DNA of 63,956 nt, filler included, from Cladosporium halotolerans (Eukaryota), in the NCBI RefSeq assembly GCF_011745625.1. It is 6 parts of 6 records of this genome, joined end to end, with 100 filler letters (N's around TTAATTAATTAA, not from the genome) between each part and the next. Parts side by side here need not be neighbours in the genome. Positions count along the whole stretch, not along the records: positions 11,595 to 23,058 come from NW_027191589.1; positions 23,159 to 34,261 come from NW_027191590.1; 4 more parts are not named here. One strand, 5' to 3'. Under the pieces are notes generated by a model. That model searched no databases, was not told the DNA's origin, and worked only from the letters and a program-made list of their open reading frames with translations. The position numbers were made by a program, and so were the translations under genes. Shown here in pieces: positions 11,694 through 23,454 of the stretch (position 1 is the first letter of the stretch; each line of letters starts with the position of its first letter).

Positions 11694-12290
11694 AGTGGAT
11701 AAATGCGATCCAGTGTATCAGCGCAGCGGGTGAAGCGCTGGCGCCCATGTTGATCTTCAAGGCGAAGCACACCAACACCAGCTGGAACTCAACTGATGCA
11801 CCGGACAATCGGCGCTTCACTACAAGCAACAGTGGCTGGACGTCGGACAGCCATGCACTTGAGTGGGTGCAAGGCACGTTCGAGACTCAGACAAGGCCGT
11901 CGCCGGCTGCTTATCATGGACGGTCACGGCAGCCACATCACCGTGGGGTTCATCTCCTTCTGCATGGACAATGCTATTGACCTTCTTATACTGCCGGCGC
12001 ACTGGTCTCATGTTCTGCAGCCTCTGGATGTCGGTGTCTTTTCTCCACTGAAACGCGCGCTTGCGGCCGGAACCGACGCCGTGTCTCGGCTCGATTCAGG
12101 CCGCCTCAAGCGTGTGGAATGGACAGGAATGTACATTTGCGCACGTCATAGAGCAATGACAAGGATTTAACATCAAGAGTGGCTGGCGGGCTACAGGTCT
12201 GGGACCTCTGACTCCTATCGAAGTGCTCAGCAAGATTCAACAGCCAAGGTACGGAAGTCCCACACCTCGCACCCCAGGCTGCCATGATGA
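11694..12290 (+). pseudogene. Fot1/pogo (Tc1-mariner) DDE transposase remnant
   Basis: W..AIQCISAAGEALAPMLIFK, SNSGWT, RLLIMDGHGSH and SHVLQPLDVGVFSPLK; frameshifted. Confidence 0.85.
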
Positions 12291-12299
12291 CTTTGCAAG

Positions 12300-12500
12300 A
12301 TCACGTCAAGCAACCCGACTACTGTTCAAAAATGCTCCTTGAAACGCAATGCTAACCGTGTCGCTCATGCGCTGCAAGGTCGACGGCCACGCGGTAGCGT
12401 TCAAACGCAGGACGACCGTCTAATGCAAGTGGTTATGAAAGCAGTCAAACGATGACACCCAAAGCCAAGCCGTCTCCATACGCGAGGCGATGGTGGACTC
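12300..12500 (+). mobile_element. Short LINE ORF2 fragment (post-endonuclease region)
   Basis: RLLFKNAP*N and MTPKAKPSPYARRWWT parallel RLLYKNAPWK and MTPKAKSCPYAKRWWT in the contig E LINE. Confidence 0.7.
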
Positions 12501-13740
12501 TAAGACCTCACGAAGCTCCGTATGGCGGGAACCATGAAATTACTACCCAAGAATCCAGCAGCGAGACTCCATGCTACGGAAGTGCAGGACATGCACGCGA
12601 ATCTCCGTCTGGAACTTACGTTTTGCCGTCAGCAGATGACGAAGTACGCGAATCGTAAGAGGACTGAAAGACTGAACTTCAAGGGAAAAGTCTATCTCCT
12701 CCTGCGTAACATAGGATCGGACAGACCAAGCAAGAGTTGGACGTCGTCAAACTGACGTCATTTCAAATCCAAAAGTGCAAAGGACCAGTAAACCACGCAC
12801 TGGACCTACCCAAACGAATGCGCATCCACAATGAAATTTGATATATCCTTATTGGAACACCAGACGCCACGCTACGACAATGAACCTCAGCAGCCAGGAA
12901 CCCATCTACGAAATCGAATCTACCTTGTACGACAGGCTGGAAGGTCGTTAGCGAGAGTGCCTTGTCCATTGGAAAGGATACGACCATACCGAAGATTCTT
13001 GGGAACCGACTACCAACCTCAGTTCGAGGGCACCAATTCAGAATTACCACCGACAGAAGCGTTTACGGCGAAGGGTGCCAAATTTCATCCCAATATGCAG
13101 GAGGCATTTCCAGGATCCCGTGGCAGTCGAATGGATTATCGCGCACTTCGACGCCAAGGTTTTCCCCTGGGGGCAAGAACGTTTTCTCAACAGCTTCCGC
13201 TGCCTCCAGGTCCTCCAACTCCTGAGCCACCGCGGTGTCGGTGCGGTGCTCAGGAAGACGCAGTTGTTTGCGAAGGCGAATCTTCTTCATTCGCCGGGCT
13301 GTCAACTTCTGCAACAGCTCCACTTCTTCCTCTTCAATCTTTTCGATGTCGCGACGCAGGGCGTCACGAGCATTCCGAAGCTTGGTCCACTGTGGAGCAG
13401 AAAGAGTAACGTCGCAATCAGGATATTGATTACGGACACACTCGTAGCATTTGCCGGACTGAGGGCCGACAATGCATCTCGGACGGTCTTCTCCAGATTT
13501 CATGACAGCATTGTGACATTTCGTGCAGGGGGCCATTTCGATGCCGTTGAACTGGATCTCTGAACTGGAATGTTTGCGAGACTTGTTGGAAGACATCGCG
13601 TCGAAGTACAGAAGGATGTGAGGAGGCCGCATCATTCATAAGCTCCATGGGTCGAAGCTAGGCCAAAAAGGGAATAGTGTTGTGAGCACGGAAACCCAGC
13701 GCTCACTGAGCCACCCTGATAGGATATGCAAAGCGAGTCC
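12500..13740 (+). mobile_element. Ty3/gypsy chromovirus 3' remnant: integrase C-terminus, chromodomain, PPT and start of the 3' LTR
   Basis: KYANRKR..KVYL..RPSK, NHALDLPKRMRIHN and VHWKGYDHTEDSWEP, all frameshifted. The purine tract AAAAAGGGAATAG (13665-13677) is followed by TGTTG at 13678. Confidence 0.8.
13063..13635 (-). CDS. Antisense ORF inside the gypsy element: Cys6 cluster, coiled coil and acidic tail
   Basis: Open 190-aa frame with CTKC-x13-C-x8-CYEC-x7-C, then a charged helical segment. Lies between the chromodomain and the PPT. Confidence 0.65.
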   Translation of the reverse strand: MMRPPHILLYFDAMSSNKSRKHSSSEIQFNGIEMAPCTKCHNAVMKSGEDRPRCIVGPQSGKCYECVRNQYPDCDVTLSAPQWTKLRNARDALRRDIEKIEEEEVELLQKLTARRMKKIRLRKQLRLPEHRTDTAVAQELEDLEAAEAVEKTFLPPGENLGVEVRDNPFDCHGILEMPPAYWDEIWHPSP

Positions 13741-13893
13741 AGGCAGGAATACTGGCGTATCGGGTCAACGTTTCAAAGAAGCCTGAGCATGACGGCTCAA
13801 TCTCACACTGAGAAAGTGCTCGCTCGACGACACAAAGCTACATGAAACGCTCCGACAGGCTCTACTGCAGCGACAGAGACCCAGAGCCAAGAA

Positions 13894-16502
13894 TCGGTTG
13901 GGCAATGAACAAGCACTGAACTGTTCGTTCGGTTCGTTCGGACCCCGTTGAAAGAACGACCAGATGCTCGATCATGTAACCGAACGAATGAACAATTACT
14001 GCTGTTCATTCAGGATGTTCAGCATGTTCATTATGTCGTCATGATTACCCCCCAACCCTAACCCCCATCTTCGATCTAGGTGTGACAGTGTGCGACGGCT
14101 GGGGAATATGCGGGGAACGCGACCGCGTCGCGACTGCCCGCGCGTCAGACTACTCCACTCTCACGTCCCACAAAATGCAGCATGAGCGCTCGGTCTAATT
14201 CTTTAGAGTATACCAGACCAGCAGCCAGCCGATCCGCACGGAGCGGAGCAAGATGAGAGCACGGTAGCCCGGTGTTCACCAACGATTCCCATGCGACGTT
14301 GGGCCGCGCGCCACTAATCTCGTGCCGACACCACCGAACAAACAGCCAAAGAGCAGTTGGATCTGGAGGCATGGAGAGGCCGTGACCGACCTGAAGGACG
14401 ACGTGAACAAATGCTACGAGGAGCCATCGCAAAGCTTGATCGTGTGCTTGCCATGCGAACCTACGAACCAGCCAGTCCGTCACCTCGTACGACGCCATGG
14501 ATTCGTCAAGTCCGGGGGCAAACATGCGCTGAAGCGCTCGCGTGATGGCGGACATCCAGATGGGACTGTGGCGGTCATGATGATTAAACGCCAGAGACGC
14601 TCGCAAGAGGAGACGTCCGATCGCGAGGGCTGGAAAAAGACGTACGTGGAGTGGGTTGTGTCTAGCAATCAGTCGCTGCGCCAGGCTTCGGGAGACAAAC
14701 TCAAGGCCTTGATTCCGTTCAGAAATCCTATAGGAGAGCCTCTGATACCGCAGAGTCACCATACGCCGCGAGACTGGATCGTCGATGCTTTCAACGTCGC
14801 GAAGCCCACGGTCATCCGGTCTCTGCAGATGGCAAGAAGCACAATAACTGTCAGCTTCGACCATTGACTGGCGGATAATGAGCCCGACCTGCTGGGAGTC
14901 GTCGCAAACTATCTAGACAGCAACCTTGAACTCAAGACCGTTGTGCTCGCGCTGAAGCCGTCGTTCGGTCACGATGCACAAGAACTCCAAGACACATTGC
15001 TCTCTGTACTCCGGAAGTACAAGATCAGTGACAAGGTCGGGTACTTCATTGCAAACAATGCTGCGAACAACGATGCCGCCCTGCGCCTTCTGACCCACCA
15101 CATCGATGTCAAGCCAGCCAGACAGGCTGCGTTGGAGTGGCCATGTGATCAACCTAGTCGTCAGGCTATACTATATGGTGTCGACAGCGAATGCATGCTC
15201 GATGCCGCTCTCTCGGAGTCAGACCATGGAGGCGATAGCGAGCTGTTTGATATCTCAACGGTGTCCAAGTTTAAAGTAGCACTGCGCTCCAAAGATGGAG
15301 CAGCACGACTCGATGCCTGGCGACGGAAAGGCCCGATCGGCAAGCTTCACAATCTCATCGCGCACATTAAGGGTGGCTCAGCAAGACGACGCTTCTTCGA
15401 AGCCAAGCAAGGTGAGACAGACACGCGACTATATTGGGTGATTGTCAATGGTGGGGTGCGGTGGAACTCCGCTTGTGAGATGGTCGAGCGTGCCTTCCAG
15501 GTCAAAGATGCGTTGCAATTGTACCAAAGCACTTTAGGAGCAGCGGCATTGACCGCCTCGACAACCGCGACTGTCTATCAGCAAACGATTAACCAAGCTG
15601 ACAGACTTGCTTATGCTGCAACGACCTCTGAAGGAAGCTCCCTTGAAAGTCCAGGCCGTGCCAAAAGACGGCCAATATGGCGCGTTGTGGCAAAGTCTGT
15701 CTATTCTGGATTGGCTGCTCTCGACCATCGAAGGCCTGAAAAGAACACTGCCTCGAAATCACTTCAGAGCATGTGTCAATCTTGGCTGGAAGAAGCTGGA
15801 CAAGTATTACGGGTTGAGCGACGTCACGCCGGCGTATCGTCTTGCCATATTCCTGCACCCATGCTTCAAAAGACGTTGGTTCGAGCGGCATTGGGCGGGG
15901 AAGACGTCCTGGCTCGAAAGCGCCGACGAAGCCCTGAACAGAGCGTGGCAAGATGCAAAGCGGCGGTGGCCAAATGAAGTGACCGTCTTGTCACCAAAGC
16001 AACAAGAGATGGATGCCTTTGATGCTTGCAACCATGACATCGATGACGACGCGGACAATGACGAGCTGGCCCGCTACTTGCGCGAGGAACGCGCTCCGCA
16101 GGGCACCCGACCACTTGCCTGGTGGCGCGAAAATCATCACAGATTGCCTGTCCTGAGGCATCTGGCTTTCGAAGTCCTGGCAGCGCCCGCAAGCTCTGCC
16201 GCTGATGAGCGAATCGTTTCGATGGATGGAGATGTTGTCAACGATGGGCGACCAAATACGATGGAGGAGTTAGCAGAGGCGTATCAGGGGCTGGCTACGC
16301 AGCTGGTACTCGGAAGGACTGCTCGGAAGGACTGCTGTGATGGACATAGCCATTTCACAATTTCAAGCAATCTTGGGGACCGTGCACCGGACGAACGATG
16401 AACATATGAGTAAACCTTGAACAAATGAACAAAGCCTGCTCAGGAAACAAAACAAACGAGCACTATGCCTGTTCGGCGTTCGTTCGTTCATTGCCTACCC
16501 TG
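13894..16502 (+). mobile_element. Complete but decayed hAT transposon (GAAC/GTTC-repeat family) nested in a LINE
   Basis: Imperfect 17-bp TIRs (TCGGTTGGGCAATGAAC / GTTCATTGCCTACCCTG); 8-bp flanks GCCAAGAA / ACCAAGAT (6/8); dense GAAC/GTTC subterminal repeats. Confidence 0.85.
14322..16401 (+). pseudogene. hAT transposase pseudogene
   Basis: SWIWRHG, TVSFDH*, NNAANND, VRWNS, GWKKLDKYY, FLHP, PLAWW...LPVLRHLA..VLAAPASSAADER; contains stops and frameshifts. Confidence 0.9.
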
Positions 16503-18200
16503 ACCAAGATCGTGCTTGATCCGTATATAACGTGATTGGTGAAGGCGACCGACGAGGCGGTCGAAAAGGTACTGCCGAGAACACGACGCTCACCAGTGGC
16601 AAGAGAAGGCTGGGACAACAAGTGCACTCAAGAATCGGCAGGGCCGAAGCGACTACGCCGAGCACACTGTAGAGAGCAGACAGAAGAAAGCTGGGAAGCC
16701 TACCGTGCTGCGAGAAACTAGAAAACAAGAACCATCAAAAAGGCCCTGCAGACGGCATATCGGGAGTAGGTTGCAGGAGTATCGGATCCACTAGAAGCCC
16801 TTTGGAGGCTGCCCAAGTGGGCTAGTGGAAGAGAGAAACTGCCACCAAGTGTCACGCCGGCGCTCCGGTGTTCGTATACTAGAAGCGAGGTCGCAGAAAC
16901 AGACAAAATGGCAGGCAGACGCACCTTCTTCCCTACACCGCCCGCGGCAGATCTGCAAGACATGAAACGCGAATAACACTGAACATAAAAGTCTACCACA
17001 GATAACCGAGAAGGAGATCTTGAAAGCCACAAGATCAACGTCAGCGCTGAAAGCTCCTGGCCCAGTTGGCTTGCCGAATCTTGGGTTACAAGCAACGACG
17101 GACATCATAGTAGGCCACCTGACAAGTAAATTCAATCAGAGCTTACGTATTGGCTAGTGTCCGGCACATTCCCGCTCCTGGATCACCGTCGTGATACGAA
17201 GGTCAGGCAAGGACGGCTACACGGAGCCGAAAGCGTATCGTCCAATAGCTTTGTCAAACACGATTGGCAAGGTAATGGATGCCGTTGTAGCTCGTCGACT
17301 GAGCTACCTGGTGCAAGCGCACCATGTCCTTCCAAACACTCATATCGGCGGAGGGCTGAGATCGACCAAGCGTGCACTACATCTGATCATCGAGAGGATT
17401 AACAAAGCGTAGAACACTGTTCGTGGCAAGGTCACTAGTTCACTGCTTCTGGACGTTTCTGGCGCATTCGATAACGTGTCACGTATGAGACTGCCACACA
17501 ATCTGCGAACACGCAGAGTGAATGAGAGGATGATACTCTGGATCGCAAGCTTTCTCAGCGAAAGACGAACAAGTATCACGATGGATCACTTTACCTCAGA
17601 GGAATACAGGATCAATACCGGGGTTCCTCAAGGATCTGTGCTGTCCCTATCCTCTAAACCTCCTACAACGCTAGTCTTCTCGAAACCTGCGAGCCGGTTC
17701 ACGATACCACTGCAACAGGATTCATGGACGACGCGACGATCCTGGCGTGTGGCGATTCAACCTCAGAAAGCTGCGAGATGCTCAAGTTCGCACTATGAGA
17801 AGGCGCAACGAGGGATCTCTACATGCATCCAAGCTTGCCCCGGACAAGTTGCAATCAACACTTTTCATCAGATCAAGGACGTGGTTTGACACTGAGAAGG
17901 AGATGCAAGCCGAAAGAGGGGGGTGGGGCATTGTGCCAAAGGCAACGTGCAAGTATCTGGGAATGGTGATGGACCAGAAGCTGGACTGAAAGTCACAGAT
18001 CTCGAGGAGATCCAACAGAAAGTGACGAAGTCGGCCAATGCCCTCACTTCACTGGGTACTTCAACGTGGGGCGTCCGTATGTCTGACATGCGAAAGCCAT
18101 CAAGTCCATCGAACGCACGCAGATCCTTGGGCAGAGCAGGATCGCGGAAGAGCAGCCGAGCATTGGGGGGAGACTGTAGGTAAGTGCATAGCGAACATGG
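16503..18200 (+). mobile_element. Decayed LINE reverse transcriptase; its upstream part continues at about 13740-13893
   Basis: YRPIALSNTIGKVMD, LLLDVSGAFDNV, GVPQGS, FMDD and KYLGMVMDQKL, with many stops. Confidence 0.85.
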
Positions 18201-18321
18201 CGAGACCAATCCAATAGGTTACATAGCACGTCAGCCACTGTTTGGGAAGGTTGGCAACTGGAGACAGTGGCTGAGGAGAGAGGAAGGGAGAGAGCAGGAG
18301 GCACTTACCCAACTTGCATCT

Positions 18322-21300
18322 AGGAAAGGAAGGAAGGAATTTGTTCCGCCCGGCGCTAGGTCTAAGCACCTAGTTCTAAAGGGCAACATACTGTTTACGC
18401 TACTTACATTGTGTTCCTCCCCAATCATACAGCCCAACAGAACCGAAAATTAATCCTCTCTGGCGCTCTTTCTCATACAATGTGACATGTGTTCTTATTT
18501 TGAATTATCGTATTTAGTGGTCGGTGGGTGCTCTTGAAGCTATGTTTCCAAGTGTTCATCGTCCTATGTCCAGCGGATCAAGCGGGACCTGCCGTGCACT
18601 AGGGTGCGTAGGGTTGGTGCGGTGTTTGGTGTTAGGAGGGGCAAATTGACTAATGGTATCAACGTTACTGGCTGCGTGTCGTCGTTCGCCGTGGCTCATC
18701 GGTTTCTTCAGCACTAAATCTCACGCATTGTGACAAACATTCTTATTTCGAATTCTCGTGGTTAGTGGATGGCGGTTACTCTTGAAGCTGTGTCTCCAAG
18801 TGTTCATCGTCCTATGTCCAGCGGATGAAGCGGGACCTGCCGTGTGCACGAGGGTGCGTAGAGTCGGTGCGGTGTTTGGTGGTTAGAAGGGGAAATTTCA
18901 CTCCGGGTATCGATGTTCTCATATGCGTGTTGTTGTTCGCCATCGCTCGTTGTAGTCGCACTCGAAGCGCTTAGTCGCTAGGACAAAATGAATGGCGGCT
19001 CGCACCGCATCCATGTCCGGCTTCCAGACCTCTGTATCTGTGAATGACTTGCCTCCAAGGAGGCGTGACAAGTTGTCCGCACCCGTCCATGCTCTCACGA
19101 TATGCCTTTGCTCACGCCACTTCGCACACTGGAAGATGAAATGCTCCCTTGGTTCGGTTGCCTCACCGCACTCACAGATATCGGTCTCTGTTGCTTTGAG
19201 CAGATGTAGATACCCATTCAGTGGTGTCATGCCGGTGCGAAGCTGCGCGAGTAGGCTCGCTTGTCTCTTACTGAGGCTGTCATAGATGCGCCGGGTATGG
19301 TCGCCCGGGCCATGCGGCGTCCATCCTACGCATGGATTCTCCAAACCCTGTCGGCTGTTGCACCTTTGCTCTCACCACACGACGCAAGGCACCCAAAGCT
19401 GTCGTCTTCGCATATCGCACCCCACCTTGAATCGTCCGTCCCTCCTCTGTGGCATCACGCGCGAGTCGCTTCGCCCTTTGCCCGAGTTCAAAGGCCGGGC
19501 TCGCTGGAGCCCACATAAAAACCACGCGGTCGTTGGACTTGCTCAGAGAGTCTGCGTGTCTCAGTATTTTGCTGACGATTGCTTGCCCGGATCGCCTGGT
19601 CGGTGCTTGGAGGGCTGTAAGGACGGCTCGATTGCTCGTGAACACGTGGATGGTCTGGCCTTGTACCCGCGGCGACAGATCTCCCATGGATACTGCATGA
19701 GCAACTAAGCCAACCCCCACCTCGATGGCAGCCAACGCAGCTGTGTATGCGTTTACCTGTGTGCAGGAGCCTATCGTGCTGTCGTACTCGCGTCGATCGC
19801 CCTCACTGTTTGCCCAGCTTACGCCGTCGATAACGCCCCCAATGCCGACCAACTCGTTCCTGGCGGAAGCGCTGGTGGCGATACGAATGCCCGACATTTG
19901 TTGAGCTTGTACAGCCGCCTGCACAGCATCGGTCCCGCTGCTCGGTATCTGTACTCTTTCGTCCCACGGTGCTGAGATGTAGGGCCGCGTTGTTTCCAGC
20001 CTCGTCAGAGACAGGCATCGGGCCGACTCCGCTATCCTCTGCATGGGCGAGACAAATCTTTTGCATATCCGACGCCCGGCCAGTCTTGCGAGAGGACATG
20101 CTGTGCAAGTCGACTCATGCATGTCTTCGCTGCTTTGTGGAGGAGCCGTTCTTTGGTCGAAGGTAGATTAGCTTCCGCTTCCGCTAATGCGGTGCCTACT
20201 TTTTCAAAGCATCCGATCACCGCTTGCCCTCCTATCCTTTGCCACTATCCGCTCTGACCCCTCTTGCGTGCATCCACACAGACGATGCGTAATCGACCAC
20301 CGGCGCCACTGTGACCGTGAACAGCTTGCGTGTCACGGACGGCGAGAGCCCCCGCGGCCGCTTCAGCGGCATGGCTGCCCAAGCAGTGTGTTTCTCGTAC
20401 CTGAGTTCCAAGTACATTTCAAACCGAGGATCTTGACGCTGGACATAGGCCGTACTTCTTGCCCTTTGACGGTGATTGGCTCGTCCGAGGACTGTTGTTT
20501 GTTTCTGGTGAAGTGGATAAAAGACGTCTTCTCCCCTTCGAAGGATGCACCGCTCCTATTTTCCCATCTCGTGGCCATTTGGCGACGGTGTTAAGACGGT
20601 TCAGGTTTTCCGCAGCGGTCTTCCCCGCCACTCACGCGGTATAATCACCGGCGGAAACGATCGCACCGCTATGCTGATCAATTTCCTGTTGCACCAGATC
20701 TGCATTGAAAAACAGCAAGAGAATTGGCGACAGCGAGGAGCCTTGAGGAAGCCCAGGCTGGTCAAGCTCACTCAATTTGGACGCCCGGCCCTTGACGACG
20801 ATGGTGGCTGTGCGCTCCAAGCAGAAAGCATCGATCCAGTTCACCAAGCCCACCGGGATGCCGCGAGCCGCCAGCCGCTGCAAGAGTCTGTCTTTGCAGA
20901 CCCCATTGTAGGCTCCCCTCGCGTTGAAACTGATCAGACTCATGGCTTGCCTTCTTCGCTACGCCGTGTAAATACGCTCCTGGGAAGAGTAACTAAGCGT
21001 GTTCGGCAGATCTCTGTTTCCTGGCGCCGAAATGTTCGGTGGGTATGAGTCCGTACTTTTCCACGGCAAAGGATATCCTCTCTGCAATGACTGCCTCCAG
21101 CGGCTTCCCCAATGTCGATAGCAGCGAATTGGGTCTCCACGCCTTGGCAAGTGCGTAGTCTCCTTTACCCGGCTTCTTCAGAGGGACGACCTTGGCGACC
21201 TTCCACTGCCATGACAACTCTCCCCAGTCTAAGGATGTTTGGAATAGATGGCAGACATTTCTCTGACCGCCGGCCATACTTGCCTCCACACGCCGGCCGG

Positions 21301-21420
21301 GAGTTCGTCTTCCCCTGCTGCCTTCCACGGTTTGGTCTTCATTAGACAGCTCTCAATCTCCTCTTCGGTCGGCTGCGGCATGGCAAAAGCTGTCCTTTGC
21401 GGCCTGTCACCTTCCTCCTC
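18322..21420 (-). mobile_element. 5'-truncated Tad1-like LINE (RT, RNase H, Zn finger, 3' UTR, (TTCC)n tail), frameshifted
   Basis: KVVPLKKPGKGDY..AWRP, GLPQGSSLSPIL, QLRTGMTPLNGYL..CECG...EHFIFQC; tail AGGAAAGGAAGGAAGGAAT on the + strand. Confidence 0.9.
18481..18960. repeat. Diverged tandem duplication (about 248-bp period) of the LINE ORF2 end and 3' UTR
   Basis: Units start TGTGAC at 18481 and 18729 and share the core CCAAGTGTTCATCGTCCTATGTCCAGCGGAT. A third copy lies at about 46640-46782. Confidence 0.9.
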
Positions 21421-21594
21421 CATATACTCAGGCAACGGCGGAAAGAATGTTGCAAGTGTTGAAGATTGCCGGACAAGAGCATCCAGACCGCCACCGACCC
21501 ACTGAAGATATAAAGCAGTGGATGGCCCAGCAGTAAATACACAGCTCAATCAACCCTTTCACACCAAATTTCACCATACAACACATCCAGGAGA

Positions 21595-22450
21595 TTAGCG
21601 GACATCGAATATCCAGCAATGACTGAGAGATGGCGTCGCGGGTTTGCGCCTCGGACAGCCCGAGCATGTGCGAAACGACTGCAGTGGAGGCGACTTTGAC
21701 ATTGACAACATGGTACGGCCAACCTTGTTGAAGCTGTTTTCCAGCGCGAGATAGCCCTGAATCTCATGGGCCTTGACCATGGCCTCGAGAATATCTCTTA
21801 CGGTGGAGATGGCGCCATTACCGACCTTCTTGCCACCTACGCCTGCTTTGTTGGAACGCTTCGTCCAATCAGCCACGGCGAGGATTGCACACAGATTATC
21901 GGACGGATGACCCCATTCGGCGGCGAGCCATGAAGTCGAGCCAGCGGATCATGATGCCGATGTAGAAAGCATAACGGACAGGCTCGAGTTGGTAAGGCGT
22001 GCCAAATACTTTGGTGCCATTAGAGACGATGGTGCCTTCAACCACGGGCCCAAGGAGCTTGGTGCGGGGAAGTCGACCGCTTTCATACCACAACCCAGCG
22101 TGCCGAGGAAACACAAGCAGGCGGTGTCGATCAAGAATCTTAGTTACATGCGCGTCAATCCGTCCCGTTTGAACTTACAGCTAAGTCGGAGTTGATCTTG
22201 TAGCCTTGTTGGTATATTAACCACTTAACGCTGTGCGAGAATGCGGTGCCACCCTTTTTCTCACAACAAGCTGTGCACGTACGAAGCCATGTCAACGATC
22301 TCTTGATCATACTTGGCGGGCGAAGCGGGCGACGCAAAAGGTTCATTGAGGAAATTTCACCCCACGGTGGTCGAGAATGTGCGACGAAAGTTGTCCAGTG
22401 AGGCGGAAAGACCGTAAAAGGATGTGGCGAGATGTTTGGCGGGTACGAAA
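21595..22450 (-). pseudogene. prpD: 2-methylcitrate dehydratase pseudogene fragment (N-terminal half)
   Basis: [68 protein letters not shown]; frameshifts; intron-like GTAAGT retained. Confidence 0.85.
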
Positions 22451-23058
22451 CTAGAAATGGGAGCTCTGGGACTCGCGGATAGTGCGCTACTTCGAGAGGC
22501 TGTGCGGGCGAAGCTAAGGGTGGATATCAAACTTATAGCTGAAAGTGTCGAGAGACGAAGATTTGGCCTTATCAGGATACATACGACAATCGAATCTCGA
22601 GGGAGTGTCGTATCACTCAACTGTCATACGTGTCAAATGCATTTAGTCTAAGGCGACAGTACCCTATAAACAGGCAAGGGTTCTGACACCGTCTGTTTAG
22701 GGCAGAACCGACGCAGGGGTCTGAGATGATACGCCACAATGATTTGACCGTGATGTTTCATTCAGAGACAGCAACCAGTCTGCCCCAATCGCTCGATCCT
22801 GTCACCCGGCACCCAGGCCAAACGCGACTCAATATTGCTACTCGCCTTAGCAAATCCCCGATCACAAAGCAATCGTTGTCCCTGCCGTGTCTAACAACCT
22901 TGTCATGCACCGAGAATCGCATGCAAGACTGACGTCACGTAGGGTGAATGTGACATGAGTAGAAGTCTTCCCTGACTCGTGCACATCCCTGGCTCGTGCA
23001 CACTGCTTTCGCGTCGTGACCATCACCTTCGCACTATTACATCTTGACGTAAACACAT

Positions 23059-23158
23059 NNNNNNNNNNNNNNNNNNNNNNNNNNNNNNNNNNNNNNNNNN
23101 NNTTAATTAATTAANNNNNNNNNNNNNNNNNNNNNNNNNNNNNNNNNNNNNNNNNNNN
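23059..23158. other. Artificial contig linker
   Basis: N44-TTAATTAATTAA-N44. Confidence 0.97.
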
Positions 23159-23256
23159 TCATTCCCAGACATCCATGTTCATATCATGTCGGAATGATGA
23201 ACATGACATGACGTAATGAACATAATGAACATAATGGACTGTCGGTGTACTCTCTG
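23159..23256. mobile_element. hAT-like terminus (ATGAAC/ATGAC repeats) interrupting a sugar transporter
   Basis: The terminus reads CAGAGAGTACACCGAC on the - strand, followed by repeated CATAATGAAC/CATGAC. It joins the transporter abruptly after codons ...VMSCT. Confidence 0.65.
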
Positions 23257-23454
23257 GGTGCAAGACATGACAAAGGCCCAGAAGGAAGCCATAGGGTAGG
23301 CCTTGACAGCCTCGATGACGGTCATGTTGTGTTCAGCATTTTCGGCCTCAATGGCGTTCGCCTTGTAGTCGGCGATGCTCGCCTTCTCGGCGAAGGTGGC
23401 CTCATCCTCAATCTCGTGCGCAACATGCTTCTTGGACTCCAGATCGTGATCCAT
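23257..23454 (-). CDS. N-terminus of an MFS alpha-glucoside/maltose permease-like transporter, interrupted
   Basis: MDHDLES...AENAEHNMTVIEAVKAYPMASFWAFVMSCT matches the maltose-permease N-terminal signature. Confidence 0.8.

Noticed and set aside
18540..18625. Hammerhead, rRNA or telomerase-RNA identity for the conserved LINE 3' core
   Set aside because: There is no CUGANGA/GAAA with proper stems, and I recognise no similarity to those RNAs.
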